NCBI RefSeq assembly: GCF_009834535.1
Contig: NC_045696.1
Span: forward strand, 42,348,001-42,412,000
Reading direction: 5' to 3'
Length of the DNA: 64,000 bases
From: Camelus ferus
Taxonomy: Eukaryota
Shown here: in pieces, positions 12,078 through 25,038 of the stretch
Numbering within the stretch: the first letter of the stretch is position 1
Layout: every line of letters starts with the position of its first letter
Made by a program: the position numbers and the translations under genes
The notes under the pieces: generated by a model
Seen by the model: only the letters and a program-made list of their open reading frames with translations
The model's database searches: none
What the model was told of the DNA's origin: nothing

Positions 12078-12780
12078 ATTTGGCTGTGTTGCGTTTCAGG
12101 TAGCTATGAGACATCTAGATGGAACTACCTAGAAGATAGTAGCATGCCCAGGTTGGTGCTCATAGAGGCCTTGGCTAGAGATGTGATACTTATTCAGTCA
12201 CACAATGAAGAATGTTGGAGGTCTGAGACAGTCTAAAGAGGGTATAGAGTGAGGTGAGAAGAAGGTAAAAGGCAGAATCCTGGCCTCCATCAGCCTAGAA
12301 GAAGATGAGAAACTAGCAAAAGAGGCTGAGAAAGGAAAAAGAGATAGATCCAAGGAGATCCAGGACCAAGCAATGTCATCAAATCCAAGGATGGAAAGAA
12401 TTCCAAATGGGGCATGGTCAGTAAGAGGGCCAAGTAAGTTGGGTTTTAAGATTAAATTGTTTTTGGCAAGTAGTGGGACACTGGTGAATACATCCGACTT
12501 ACCCTCACTGCAGTGATGAGGGCAGAGGCCCAACTGCAGTGGATTGAATAGTGAATGGGTGGAGGAAGGGAGTCTGAGTGAAGACCATTCTTTCTAGGAT
12601 CTTGCTTGTGAAAGGAAAGGGTGATATATTCTAGTGAGAGAAATGCTTAAAATATCAAGGGAAAGACTTGGGCACATGTGTAGATGATGAGGAAGGTGTC
12701 AGTGGAGCGCAGAAAAACAATATAGGAGAGAGAATAATTAACTAAAGGGCCAATCCTGGAGAAGACAAGGGGATATTAGA
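12078..12780 (-). mobile_element. LINE-2 internal fragment
   Basis: gagacatctagatgga...agcaaaagaggctgagaa...cagtgatgagggcagaggccc...ttgcttgtgaaaggaaaggg. Confidence 0.7.
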
Positions 12781-12953
12781 TTGAGTCTCCTGACCCTCTG
12801 AATTGGAAACTGTTAAACAATTTAAGGTATATAAAGCAAGGAACGCTGTATAACCCTATAAAAATGATATCATTCTTTAGCATTGATGTTGAACATTCTC
12901 CAATATATTCTGTAAATGCAAAAACAAGGTAAATGTTGTATTTAGTATGCTAC

Positions 12954-13050
12954 CAGGGCAATGATGAATGGTCGTGCAGACAGTGCACTAATATGTGAAT
13001 GACGTCCTTCAGGAGTTGTGCATTACATGGTCTTCTAGGTGACATCCCTC
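12954..13050. mobile_element. MER91B-like hAT-Tip100 MITE, decayed
   Basis: cagggcaatgatgaatggtcgtgcagacagtgcact...tgtgaatgacgtccttcaggagttgtgca. Confidence 0.6.
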
Positions 13051-13561
13051 TGGTGTGAGACAGCAATTCACATTACCTTTGCTAAAGGACTTTTTAAAGA
13101 TTCTTCATATTCCTTTGTTCTGGTCAGTATTCAGAAGGGTAATCTTTTGATCATTTAACTTCCCGCTTATCTATTTATTCAAGGATATTCAACAATCAGA
13201 CTTATGGATCAGAGTCTCCGCTTGAAAACTGTTTTCAAAGTGAACATTAATAAAGTAGTCTTCTGATGATAATTTTTTTCTTCATGTCACTTGTTGAAAG
13301 TGACGTGAGTGTTTCTGTCTGATGGTTGGGCTTCTTCTGAATGAGTAAATCATCATTCTGGTGTAAAATAGTGGTGGGTGAGAACTTGATTAATGCGAGT
13401 CCACCCCCTCAGAGTCAGACCTACTTTGATATGCTAACAAAAGTATCTCCCCTGTTCCTGCAAGTTAAAGGCCAATTCCTAGACTGTGATGAATTCATTA
13501 AGCCCAGTTGTACTTGTTCAGGCTCATTGCAGGCAGTCATTTGGCCTTTTCTTGTTGACAC

Positions 13562-14038
13562 TGTTAAAGATAAAATTATTCATGACACTTGCTGAAGATT
13601 GTTAGAAAGGCTATTCAAGATGGGACTACCTCTATAGGTTCAGGGACAACTGCAATGGGGTTTTGCAGTGGGGGAGAGAGATTGGGTTCAACCCCAAATG
13701 CAGCATTAGCAAATGGAAGTTTATAGACAAGGAGCAAGTTGAGGGTCAATGGATGAAAGTTTACTAGAAGGAAACATCAGGAGTAAGGGCGAGATTCTTG
13801 CTGAAGGCAGGCCAGGGTGATCAGACATCACATGAAAGATGATGGAGATGAGGAACCAATCAGATATTGAAGGTGATCAAATACGGAGGATGGGACATTC
13901 TGGCTAAACTGACTTAGCAGGAGTTTTGCTAAAATTGGACAATGCAGAGACAAACATGCAAGACCAACATCAGGGTCTAGTTGAAAAAGACCTCAGAGTA
14001 GCTTGACTAAGTTTGGTCAAGGAGAGGATCTTTATCAA
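13562..14038 (-). mobile_element. MER31-like ERV1 solo LTR
   Basis: tgttaaaga...ttgctgaaggcaggccagggtgatcagacatca...tggctaaactgacttagcagga...tttggtcaaggagagg..tttatca; flanking direct repeat GACAC (13557-13561 and 14039-14043). Confidence 0.85.
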
Positions 14039-14214
14039 GACACTTTCCTACATGGCCCATTTTCTATTCAATGCAATGGCTTGATGGTCTCAGTCTTCTC
14101 TGTAAAGAAAGAGGAAAAGTCATGTGCATTGGGGCATGTGGGACATGGAGGGCTGTGAATGTGTGGAATTGGGGAGAGAACTGAATGGGCCATGAAAAGG
14201 ATTATGGGGACTTG

Positions 14215-14323
14215 TTAAGGATGCAGCTAAGTTGTCCCAGTAGGCTAGACTGTTCTAGTTTTTAAGTTCCACATCCCAAGAACCCCTTCAATTTTAGGCA
14301 AACCAGGACCATTGGTCACCCTA
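14215..14323. mobile_element. MER81-like hAT-Blackjack MITE
   Basis: aagttccacatcccaagaaccccttca...ggcaaaccaggaccattggtcacccta terminus. Confidence 0.7.
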
Positions 14324-15307
14324 GATACAGCTGATACTGGAGACTAAAAATTTATAGAAAAACGAATCCGTAGGATTCAAAGATTTCTTCTAAAGAGTTT
14401 CAGCAGCCAAGGAGTGGTGCCAAGAGGATGGGTGTTTGGATTGATCCCAAAGCACAGGGAGGTTGATGAAAAAAGATGACTGGTTGGGGATATTGAGAGA
14501 GAGTTAAAATGACCTAGATAGGGCAGGGCAGGAAGTGAGCCTGGGTCAGTCATATTTCTGGGTAACAACTTGAGTTTGCATTTGCTGGATCTAATCTCCT
14601 GTCCAGACTGCTGACTGGAGAGTCAGACAGTCCTAATCAGGTAATGTTGTTTCTCAACCAGGTAAAGTGTGAAATAGGCAGGCAAGAGCAGAGGGCCCTT
14701 AAGTAACACCACCAAATAAGAGCCCTCCTCACATCATTCCTTAAGGTTGTGTAGAACCATAGAATGTTGGAACTTGAAGGGACCTTACCATTCTTCTGGT
14801 CCAATTACTCCCCTGGACATCTGGGAAGGTTAAAGTAATGTTTCCATTATAAGGGACTATGTAAAGAGTCATTGCCTTTTTTCTCTATAGTTGTGAGAGT
14901 GATTGAAGCAGTCACTGTATGAGCAGTTCATTTCGGTTAAGGGAGAAGAAATAACCACAACTGTTAGCCAGGTTGTAGATGTCTTAACAGTTCTGCTTCA
15001 GCGTGTAACATTTTGATCCACTGCTAAGAGATTATCCAGTTAGAGAAGAGTTAGATTGATTCTATGCTATATGGGCTGAGATTATGCCAATTACGTGGAT
15101 ACTGAGAAAAGAATGGTCAGTATTTTAAAGAACAAATTCATTGTTCAGTATTGAATACTCTTGTGATCAGTGTGTCTGAAATAGAAGTCTGAGTTGTTAG
15201 TAAATTCACTTCAGAGAAAATTGTTAAGTGTCTATAATTGTGGGCCAATACTTAGATGCTATAGGACAGAAATCAACAATTCACTTGGCCTGCCTGGGTT
15301 TGTCAAG

Positions 15308-15812
15308 TGTGGAAATAGAATAAAGCCCACCTCCAACCCCACCTTCCAAGTTCCAAAATTGCTCATGTCCTAATCCCAAGAACCTGTGAATATGCTATAT
15401 TTTATGGCAGAGGGTTAAGGTTGCTGATGGAGTTAAGTTTGCTAATCAGCTGACTTTACCCTGGATAACTTGGGTAGGTCCAATGCAATCACAAGGCTCC
15501 TTAAGATGGAAGAGGAGGCAGAAAAGTTAGTGTCAAAATAATGCAGTAAGAGAAATCCATTGCTGGCTTCAAGGTTGAAAGGTGAACACTGGCCAAGGAA
15601 TGCAGAAAGACTCTAGAAACTGGAAAAGACAAGACAATAGACTTTCCCCTACAGCCTCTGGAAAGAAACACAGTCTTGCTGACACCTTCTTTTAACCTGG
15701 TGAGACCCATTTTGGACTTCTGATCCCCAGAACTGTGAGATAATAAGATTGCATTGTTTTAAGCCACTCTACTTGTGTTGATTTGTTGCAGCAGCAACAG
15801 GAAAATAACACA
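15308..15812 (+). mobile_element. MLT1D-like MaLR solo LTR
   Basis: tgtgg...catgtcctaatcccaagaacctgtgaatatg...ccagaactgtgagataataa...gcagcaacaggaaaataacaca. Confidence 0.85.
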
Positions 15813-16059
15813 GTGAAATGGAGGAGTATCAGGGGACAACATGGAGAGGTGGCTCAGTGGCAGTCTGGAGAGCGCCTTCCCAACACGCAGCTCCTGTTCA
15901 GCTCCTGCCAGTATTTCTTAGAGGGAATAAAGCCTCAGAATTGCCAAATTTTTCCATTTCTCAAAATAAGGTGAAGAAACAGATTTCTATGTGAAAGTTA
16001 ACTGTTTTTATTTAATTATTTGCAGGTAGTTCAAATAATTAAAATTAAGTCTTGCACAT

Positions 16060-16390
16060 TTATGCAAATAGTCATACATGAGGGTGTTCATCATGTATTG
16101 TTTGTGATAGCAAAGATTGGAAACAAACTAAATGTGTATCAAAGATGAGTATAAGTAAATGAATTTAAATATATGATAAAAAATGCACACGTTAGTCAAA
16201 GGCAGTGAACTGTGTATTCTAAGTATGTTAAGTAAAGATATAAAACAGAATGAGATATGTAGCATGACATCTCTTTTATTAGTATAAAAAATGCATAAAA
16301 TAGTATATGTAGTTTAGGGAGGCTTATATGTATAAATAAAGAGAGTAATGTGATCAGGGTGGTAGTTGAGTGGGTGCAAAAAGCCAGGAT
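16060..16390 (+). mobile_element. Ancient L1 3' fragment
   Basis: tgttcatcatgtattgtttgtgatagcaaagattggaaacaaactaaatgt. Confidence 0.6.
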
Positions 16391-16664
16391 GAGAGAGGTA
16401 ACAACAAAAGTAGGAAAGTGTGTGGACTGATGACGATCATGTGCTGTGAACTGAGGTGCCCCACCCAGCTTTGGATTGATCACGGTGTAAGCCGCAGCAG
16501 AGAGGACTGTGCGCTGGGTTAGACCCAGGGCTTTCCACTGGGGATACAAAGAGAACAAGGGAACAAAGAGAACGTAGCTCACCCCTTCAAAAGTCTTATA
16601 GAGAACTGGGGCAAAAGATGTGTAAATGCAGCAGAAAAGAAATCCAGTTATAAAAAACTGAACA

Positions 16665-16985
16665 TGAATTCATTCATGTTTTGATTCATTCACTCATTCT
16701 TTGATCCAACATTAATTCAAATATCTGTTAAGCACCTGCTGTGCTCCCAGCAGTTTAACTGCAGTGTAACTGTGTAGTACAGGATTTGGTTGTAAGACTA
16801 GTAAGAGCTGTGCTTAATATTGTTTTTAAATTCCACCCAGCCTCCACCCCAAGATTAGGTCCAATACTTGTGATGTGGCAGTTAGCCTCTGAGTCTCAGG
16901 ATTCCTTCTTGACATAAAGGGCATTATTCCCGTTCTAACACCATGTAGGACTGCCGTGAGGAAATAAGCAGGAAAGCTCTTGTGA
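16665..16985. mobile_element. L2 3' tail (minus) followed by MIR (plus)
   Basis: (attc)n tail plus ttaagcacctgctgtg; then agcctctgagtctcaggattcctt...taggactgccgtgagg. Confidence 0.55.
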
Positions 16986-19206
16986 AGGAGGAGCTTCCCG
17001 CAGGTGGAAGACACCTTCAGTGGGCTTCCTGTCTCCTTTTGGTGTGGTCCTCCCTCTCACCTCCACTTCCCCTGTAACTTGCCTCTGCCTCTCCCTGGTT
17101 CAGGCCCTCACTGCTGGTGCCCAAGGCACTGTCGAGGGCACCCAGGCTCCCACAGCATTTCCCTTCAGTCTGGCTTGTGATTTAAATGAGACAGATATTC
17201 CTAAAACACCTCCATTATCATTAAGTCATAAACTCACAAGGGAAGGGATTTAGATGTCTTCTTCAATCTTGTGCACATTGCTGAAATCCCAGACAGCTCA
17301 CCTGGGAAATTTCCTCTTTGTATCTGTTTCCAACCTTTCCATTACATTTTTCTAAATTGCCTGCTGTGGTGAGGATGTGGTCATAGCTTCCCTCTGTTCT
17401 AGACAATTCCTTTATCCACGTTTCACCAATTTAAACGATGTTCTCCCTTACAGGCAGTTACGAAGATTCATTTGCGGGAAAAACTTCCCTGGAATAGTTG
17501 TATTCAAGCTGTGATGTTTCCTATAAAAAAATTTATTCCTGATAATAGGCCTCAGAGTGTCTGCCTAATTCCCACTGATACACATCTGTTCCATAAAGGG
17601 ACATCTTTTTGGAATCAGTGGGATTTTAGAACAACTCATCTAAGGAAATATGAAAATCAGGTTGGGGGCAGATTTTCACTTTGAAGCCAAATACCTTTAT
17701 CAGAATAATAATACAATTTATATGTTGGGGTGTATTAGCTCTTATTAACAATTTAAAGCTTCTGATGAAATGAAACATCGACCTAAAAGTTATGGAGAGA
17801 TGGCTCTGTTTCATAGTTGGAGTTCCTGGGTATTTTTGGTGTTAAAGCAATGCATGATTATAGGAGAATGTTAGCTATAAACTGAAGCTGTTTCCTAGAG
17901 GGAATATATTTTGCAATAACTCCCATTCAACTGGAGTTCTCTGCAAACCAAGAAAGAGTTGAATTCCTCTTATTTACTTTTTATTGTTTGAAAATTGCTA
18001 TTGCATTGCAAGTGTTAGAGATGTTTGGGAAAGAAGAATGAGGCATTATTAGAAACATATCCCTGGGGCATAATTTAGCATCACTAGTAGGAGATGGAAG
18101 AAATGGCTTCATACCGAAAAAGCAATGTCTGAGAAATATTACCAGTAACATGCTACTAAAACTAAAGGCTGGACTGATTAGAATCAGGGGGAGTTTGGCT
18201 ACATAAAAAGGCATTATTGGAACTTGTGGAAAGAAGGGAAAGAGGAAGTAGCTATAATGGTAAAATTAGGTTGCACTGGGGTAAAGAACACAATCCAAAG
18301 GCTTTATTAAAGAGTGAATAAATTAATAGCCCCCTTGCAGAGTCGTTACACATCAGATTATTTTTCTAAAGGACTCAATGTGCTTTACAAAGTGTAGATA
18401 TGACTCACGGACCTCTAGGATATTCTGCATATGAAATATTATAAAGAGAAGTAAACTCACTAAAGTTTTGACTCATCTACGGATATAGGAAACTAAAAGG
18501 GGGAATTAGGACTTGAATCCAGGTATTTTTTTCCCCATGGAAACTCTTTTATTGCCAAATGAGATATTTGAAAAAATTTTTTTGTACAAACTGAGAATTC
18601 ACTTAACAAAACATTTTAATTATAGTCCTGATAATCTTCCTGTGCTTGTTCTGACAATATAAATTATTTTTCTCTCAAAATACTTGGAAGAAAAAAGAAA
18701 TTAACTTAAGTGATCATGGTAATAAAATATTATTTTGATCTTTGAGATCATACCTTTTAGAGTCTGGGTTAATTAAAAAAGATATTTTGTTATTTAAATT
18801 AGTTTTATCAATTATAAAAAAGTAAATCATACACATAATAGAAATTTCAAATAGTGCATGATTAAAGTGGAAAGTAAAAATATCTCTTTCTAATTCCTAT
18901 TCTCATGGCCTGGAAGTTAAATATTAACTTCCTTTTATATGTCTTTTAGTGGTCCTATAAGATGATTCCTGTGTGTATGAACAGTATTTTAGGTTATATA
19001 TTACTTATATAATGTGATATATAACACATATCCCACATCCTTTTGATTATACAAATTGAATGAGTAATGCATACTATATTATACCTTGCCTTTTTCACTT
19101 GTCAGAATAGCTTGGATATCTTATCTTTCCAAATCAGTGCGTTTTGACTTACGTCTCTTTCAAAGGTGGTACATTGTTCTATTTTGTGTTTTTACTATAA
19201 TTATTT

Positions 19207-19617
19207 TGTGAAGGAAAAGCCCAGCTGGGCTAATGAGCTAAGTCACAAATCTAAGAGTGATAAGTGTTAGTTTACTGATCTAAGTTCTGCTGGGCTAACT
19301 CATAAATCTGAAGTTTAGTGTCAGTTTACTGGGCTAACAAGCTAACTCGTAAATCCAAGCTCAACAAGTGTCAGTAACGTGATCTGCTTCCGAATTGATA
19401 AGCTTCAGTGTACTGATTCCTTGCTTTTTGTTGTTTGAGCCTTATTGGCTAATAGCCCATACTTGTAATTAACCCTATGAAACCTCATGTGCACGTCTTG
19501 GAGGTGCTCAGAGCTTCGGAGCAGAAGCCCCTCTGAGCCTGCCGGCGTAATAAATCTGAGTACTCCAACCCTCCGAGTGGTGCTTGTTTCTTGGCTGGCC
19601 TGTCATTTCCTGTAACA
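19207..19617 (+). mobile_element. Young ERV1-like solo LTR, probably lineage-specific
   Basis: TG...CA ends, AATAAA at ~19549-19554, tandem U3 repeats, retained CpGs; the host L1 reads through on both sides. Confidence 0.85.
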
Positions 19618-21861
19618 TTTCAGCCAGTTCTCCATTAATAAACATTTAAATGTTCCTCCTGCCATGTGTGTGTATAAGTGTGCGTGTGTGTACATGCTAA
19701 AACAAACAATGCTTGTATATGTATTTGTATACTCATGCAAGTATAACTGGAGGAAAAATTCCTACAAGTAGGATTTCCTGGCCAACTGGAGAATGTTTGT
19801 ATGAAATTTAACCAAATATTTGCAAATTGTCCTTACACAGGATCTATCAGCGTGTGCTCTCTAACAGAAGTTCAGGAAATGAACCACTTGCTAATTCCCA
19901 CAATGAAATTGTGTATTATCACACTATCAGATAGCAAACAATGGTATCCTGTTGCTATATTTGTATCTTTAATAAGGAGTGAGGTTGAGGATCTTTCTCT
20001 ATGTTTGTTTCTCATTTAAGGTCTTTTTCTCTGAAAGGCTAGTTTATGTCCTTAGATTAATTTTCTCATAGATTGCTTATCTATTTCTTTATTGATTTGT
20101 CAGAACTTTTTATATATCAGGAAATTAGTCATCATTTTCTCATATGTTTTGAAAATACTTTTAGTTTGTTCTTTGCATTTTGACTTTGTAATGTAAAATT
20201 TTTTTGCACATTGAGTTAAAAATTTTTATATACCAACATTGATTAAATTCTTTTAGGCTTTCTGAGTTTGTTTGATATTTAGAAAGATTTTCCTCACCTT
20301 AAGTTTATAAACATATTCACACACATTCTAGTTCTTTTACATTTTAATTCTTTTTACATTTAAATCTTTGATGCATCTAGGTTGTATTTTGTAGTGACGA
20401 TCATTTGTTAAGGCAATAAATTATTTTAATTTTTTTTCCCCAAATGGCTACTGTATTATCATGGCTTAATTATTGAATAATTTATCATTTCCCTAATGAA
20501 GTAAAATTCTGTGTTTATTAAAAATGAAATTCCCATGTATATTTAGCTTTGTTTTCATACTTTCCATTCTGTCCCTTTCTTTGGACATATTTTTCTATGC
20601 TAATACCATATAATTTCAATGACAGTTGCTTTAAAGCATGTTAACTATCCAGTAGAGCTAGTTTCCCCTCATTGCTCTTCTTTTATGGAATTTTTCTAGT
20701 TAAACAGATGTGTTCATTTTTATAGATGATCTTGATCATCAAAAGAGACATTGAAAAAAATTCAATAGGATTACATTGATTTCATAGATTGATTTCAGCT
20801 AGAATTGACATTTTTGCAATTTTAAAATTTCTTCATATTAATCTTAGAAAGTTCTTATTAAGTTTATTTTTAGTTTCCCCACCCCTTTTGCTATTGTAAA
20901 TGGGATATTTTCTTCTACTGTATTTTGCATTTTTTATTGTATTTAAAAACTAGGTTGATCTGCAGTATGATATATATATCATTAGATTGGCCTGCAGGAT
21001 TACATGTCTGTGTAGAAATTATTACCTATTATCTATCTATGTATCTATCAGTCATCTATTTTTATGCTTTTGTAGCTGTGTTGGTCTTTGTAAAAAGTTT
21101 TAAAATTTGCCTTCTTTTTCATGCTCTGGAATCTTTAGCCTCAGAGTTATGTTTTTTTTTTGAAGATTTGATAAAATTCGTACCATCTGGACAATAATTT
21201 CATCCACATTTCAAGTGTTTTTTTCACAGTAGGGGATAATGTATCTTCTTGTAATTCAATATCTTTTCTTTGTTTATGTCCCATATTTAAAATTTTATGT
21301 TTGTTTTTTTAAATCTTGATTAGTTTACCTATTTAAAATTGTTTTAATTGGATTTTTAAAGGAATCAGCTCTTCAATATATTTCCTTGCCTAATCTATTC
21401 TTTTTCTATTTAACTTTTATTACTTTCTGCCTTTAATTTTCAAGTTTTTTGGTTCTTTTTCTAACTTTTTGGTTGAGTTATTTATTTTTATTTTACCTTG
21501 TTTAGAAATCCATGTTAGACTATCATTGTTTTATCGGAACATTGCTATAGCTGGGTTTAATAGATGCCACTGTATAGGGTGTTCACAAATGTTACTTTTC
21601 AGATATGCTACAATCTAAAATTTAAGTTTTTAAAAAGTGTTTTCAAGTGGTTGGAGTTTTCTTTTTGTTTCATTACATAAGTGTTAGCTTCATTGTATGA
21701 TGGCCTGTGAATACTTCCTGTACTACTTAACAGTTTGTGTAAGTTATTGTGGTTTCCTCTAGGCTTAGTATTTGATCAAGTTTTTGTTGATCATGATCAC
21801 GTTCCATGAGCTTGGAAAGAAGATGAACTCTCTCTTTTGGGAGATATAAAATTCAGTAGAT

Positions 21862-22455
21862 CATTCATTTATTAACTCAATACGTAATATATAAGTGCAT
21901 AATTATTCACTTTAAATACAAGTATTTATATATGCCAGATTCCAATCTAAGCATTAGGGATGGCAGAGTGAATAAGATAAAAAAAAAAAAACTCTGTGTT
22001 TGTGGAGCCTTCATTCTAGTAAAGGAGACAGAAAGTAATCAAGCAAATACATGTAGATACATTTTCATTTCTGACAAATGCTTTGAAAAAAAGTAAATTT
22101 GACAAGGAGATGGGAATGACTAGGCTCAGGAGATAGGAGAGCACTGTTAGAGGGTCCTCAGCAAAGTCCTTCTGGGTGGTGACATTTGAGCAGGGACTAG
22201 CCTGAAGCGAGTGAGGAAGCATTTGGTCATGAGAGGACAGCACACCTGGCAGAGAAGGAGAACTGGCAGTGATAAGACCTGAGTATTGGAGGACAGCAAC
22301 ATGAAGGCACATCTGACCCACGTGGAGTGAGTGAAGAGGGGCATGGCAGGAGGTGGGTCAGGGAGACAGGCAGGAGTCCCAGTAATGAATTTGGAGATCT
22401 TTGAAACAGAAGGTGACACAGTCTTATTCATATTTTTAAAATGCCACTCTGGCAG
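21862..22455 (-). mobile_element. LINE-2 (L2a/b-like) 3' portion inserted in the ancient L1
   Basis: cattcattt tail, gtggagccttcattctagt, ggtggtgacatttgagcaggga, atgccactctggcag. Confidence 0.8.
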
Positions 22456-25038
22456 TTACCTTTTAAGTCTGCTTTATTATGGTATTTAAATATTCTATGT
22501 ATCTTTACTTATTATATTTCTGTCTCCTTGATTTGTCAAAGATTCAGAAAGTTGGGGTAAAGACTCCTCCTACCATGCTTCTTTCTGTTTATTTCTGCCT
22601 TTGCTTGTCATGTTTTTTTTTTTTTTTTATGTGCTTTGATGCTAAGCTACTTAAGAATAAAAAGTTTCAAGCACTTTGGATTGTATTTTTATTTTAAGGA
22701 TCTCTTCCTTTTCTTGTGTAATGATTTTTCCCTTGAATTCACCCATTATGTGTCAATATTGCAATGATTGCTTTACTTTTTTTTTGGATTTTCTTGGTAT
22801 ACCTTTGTTTATCCCTTTTTAGAAAACATTCTGAGTTATATTTTTTCAATTATTAAAATTCAGTCTATTTTTTCTTTTACTAAATGATCTGTTTTTGTTT
22901 TGTGTATTTAAAAAATTTTTTTTATAATTAGGAAAATTTATAATCTATTTTTAAGTATTTGGTGGTTAACCCTCTAAACTTCCATATATACTTATGTCAA
23001 TTTCTTGACTTTTAGATAGTTTGTATTGAGTTACCACTCTGAAATTTGTAGAAATTGACATACTTACACTGCATTATCTCGTCCACACTTAATAATCTTC
23101 CTCCTTTAAGAATAATTGCATTCTGTTCTACAATTCTAATCCCTCAGTCGTTAAGACATATCCAGTTTCTTCATTGTATAGCAAATTCCCTGAGATCTTT
23201 ATTTTAATTATTTTTTGTTTTTACTCAGTTTAAAAAAGTTAAGAAAACCTCAAAAGTGTTTTATGTTTTTATATGCTTACTTTTCTGGTAAGATCTGTCT
23301 TATAATAAATCTTAGCTATATATACACAATTTTGGGGTCCAGTTTGTTTTCCATAATAATTTATAGGCATTATTGCACAGAACTGGGAAATTTTTTTCCT
23401 CTATTATATCTTCTTAATCAATATTAATATAAGTACCATGATCCCCATGCGTCTCTTCCTGATTTATCATCTTCTCTCTAATCAGATGCATCTTTTTATC
23501 TTCTTAATCCTGATCTCTCCAACTATATTTTCAAAACTGTCTTCTAATTTTAGTTGCTTCTCATGTGGTTTTCATTTCCATAGTGATTTTATTTCATTTT
23601 TTGTTTCCATTTGTCATCTGTCAAATTATCTTATTATCTCTCCTTTGGTTTCCCTGTCTCCTTTGAGCTTTTATTTCCCCCTCAGAGTCCAAGTTAACTT
23701 TACTTGGAATTTATTTTCTTTGAAATTTTCTTCTGTAAGTTTCTTTGAAATGCTTCTTCTGATATTTTAATTTTCAACTAATTTTTGCTCCTCATATTCC
23801 TCTCTAACTTCCCTGCAATACCTCAGTATAGACATTGTGCTGGTTCTACTACTCCTCTGAGTGACGTCTTCTGGGCCTGGACTGCCTGTTTGGCTGACAG
23901 TGGAGTGGGGATGGGTGAGAGGAATGACCCCATCTTGGATTGCTGTCTCACACACTTTCTTACCAGAATCCTTTGACCATCTTCCCTCTGCGGAATGTCT
24001 CCCTTTAATTTGTGTGCTTCTCCTTTTGGGGATATTCAGGAGGTCCTCGGTGGGGGTTGCAGGAAAGGGTGGAGTGTTGAAAGTCCTTCATGGACAGTCT
24101 AGCATGAATTTAACTGCACAGCTCACTGCTGCCAGCAGTAGAATCCTCATGATTACCACTTACCCTCTCTGCTGTTCTTTGCCTTTTGTTAGGCTTGCTT
24201 CCCCAGTTATGAAGCACTCCTATTATTTTTGGCAAATATTCTTCCTAGTTTAAGGTTGGGATTTATCTGTTCCAAGTTTCTCTGGAGATGATGGTTTCCT
24301 CACATTTTGCTGCTTTCAGTGTGCTTTGGGGAGGACTGGTAAACAAAAAACCATTTACTCCTCTACCTTTAATTGGAAATTCCACATCAGTGGTTTATTG
24401 TTTTTCTTTTTTTCCCCTAGTCTAAAGAAATCTCATTACAAATGATTTTAAAGAATTCACAGTAACTCATTATTTAACAAATTTATCAAAATATAAATCC
24501 AGTAAGGCATCACCAACAGTTTCATTGAGAAGACCAGGGGTTTCTGGCTAGCACGAATGTCCATTCAAGTTCATAGTCCCAAAACGTTTATTACTGAACC
24601 ATAAAGTCACAAAATGGTGGGTTGGAGTATGTAAAGGCAAAGTTTGGGATCAGACTGGCAAGTTTAAATTTCAGTTTAATTTCAGCATTATTTAGTAGGA
24701 AATGAGGAAGTCATTGACATCTTTACCAGGAAAGTCACTTGATGAGAACTCAGTTTAAGAAAGATGGAATGAGAGAGAAGAGATGAAGGATTAACAGAGA
24801 GGAGACTGATTAAGAGGCTTCTGCTGTCATATTTTTGGAATTTGACATGTTTCTCATTGACTACCTCAGAGTTGCCAATCCTGAAATAGAGAATAAAAAG
24901 AGGGAAATACTACCTGTTTTTGGCAAACTGTCTGGTATAAAGGACACTTGTCACAGTGCTCCTGCTTATCTATTACTAAAATGCTACAAGTTCCAGTTTT
25001 TAGTCAGATACATTTGATAGCTGCCTGAAATGCATGTA

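Larger units (their letters stand above)
18780..24383 (-). mobile_element. Ancient L1 (L1ME/L1M5-like) with both ends, internally deleted, interrupted by an LTR and an L2
   Basis: T-rich L1 antisense throughout; 3' end near 18790; endonuclease-region sequence at 21700-21860 continues at 22460; 5'-end-like ctctacctttaattggaaattcc at 24361-24383. Confidence 0.65.

Noticed and set aside
17440..17660. Acceptor-like site plus E2F-like GCGGGAAA and MYB-like CAGTTA
   Set aside because: Only a weak downstream donor and isolated motifs, at chance level
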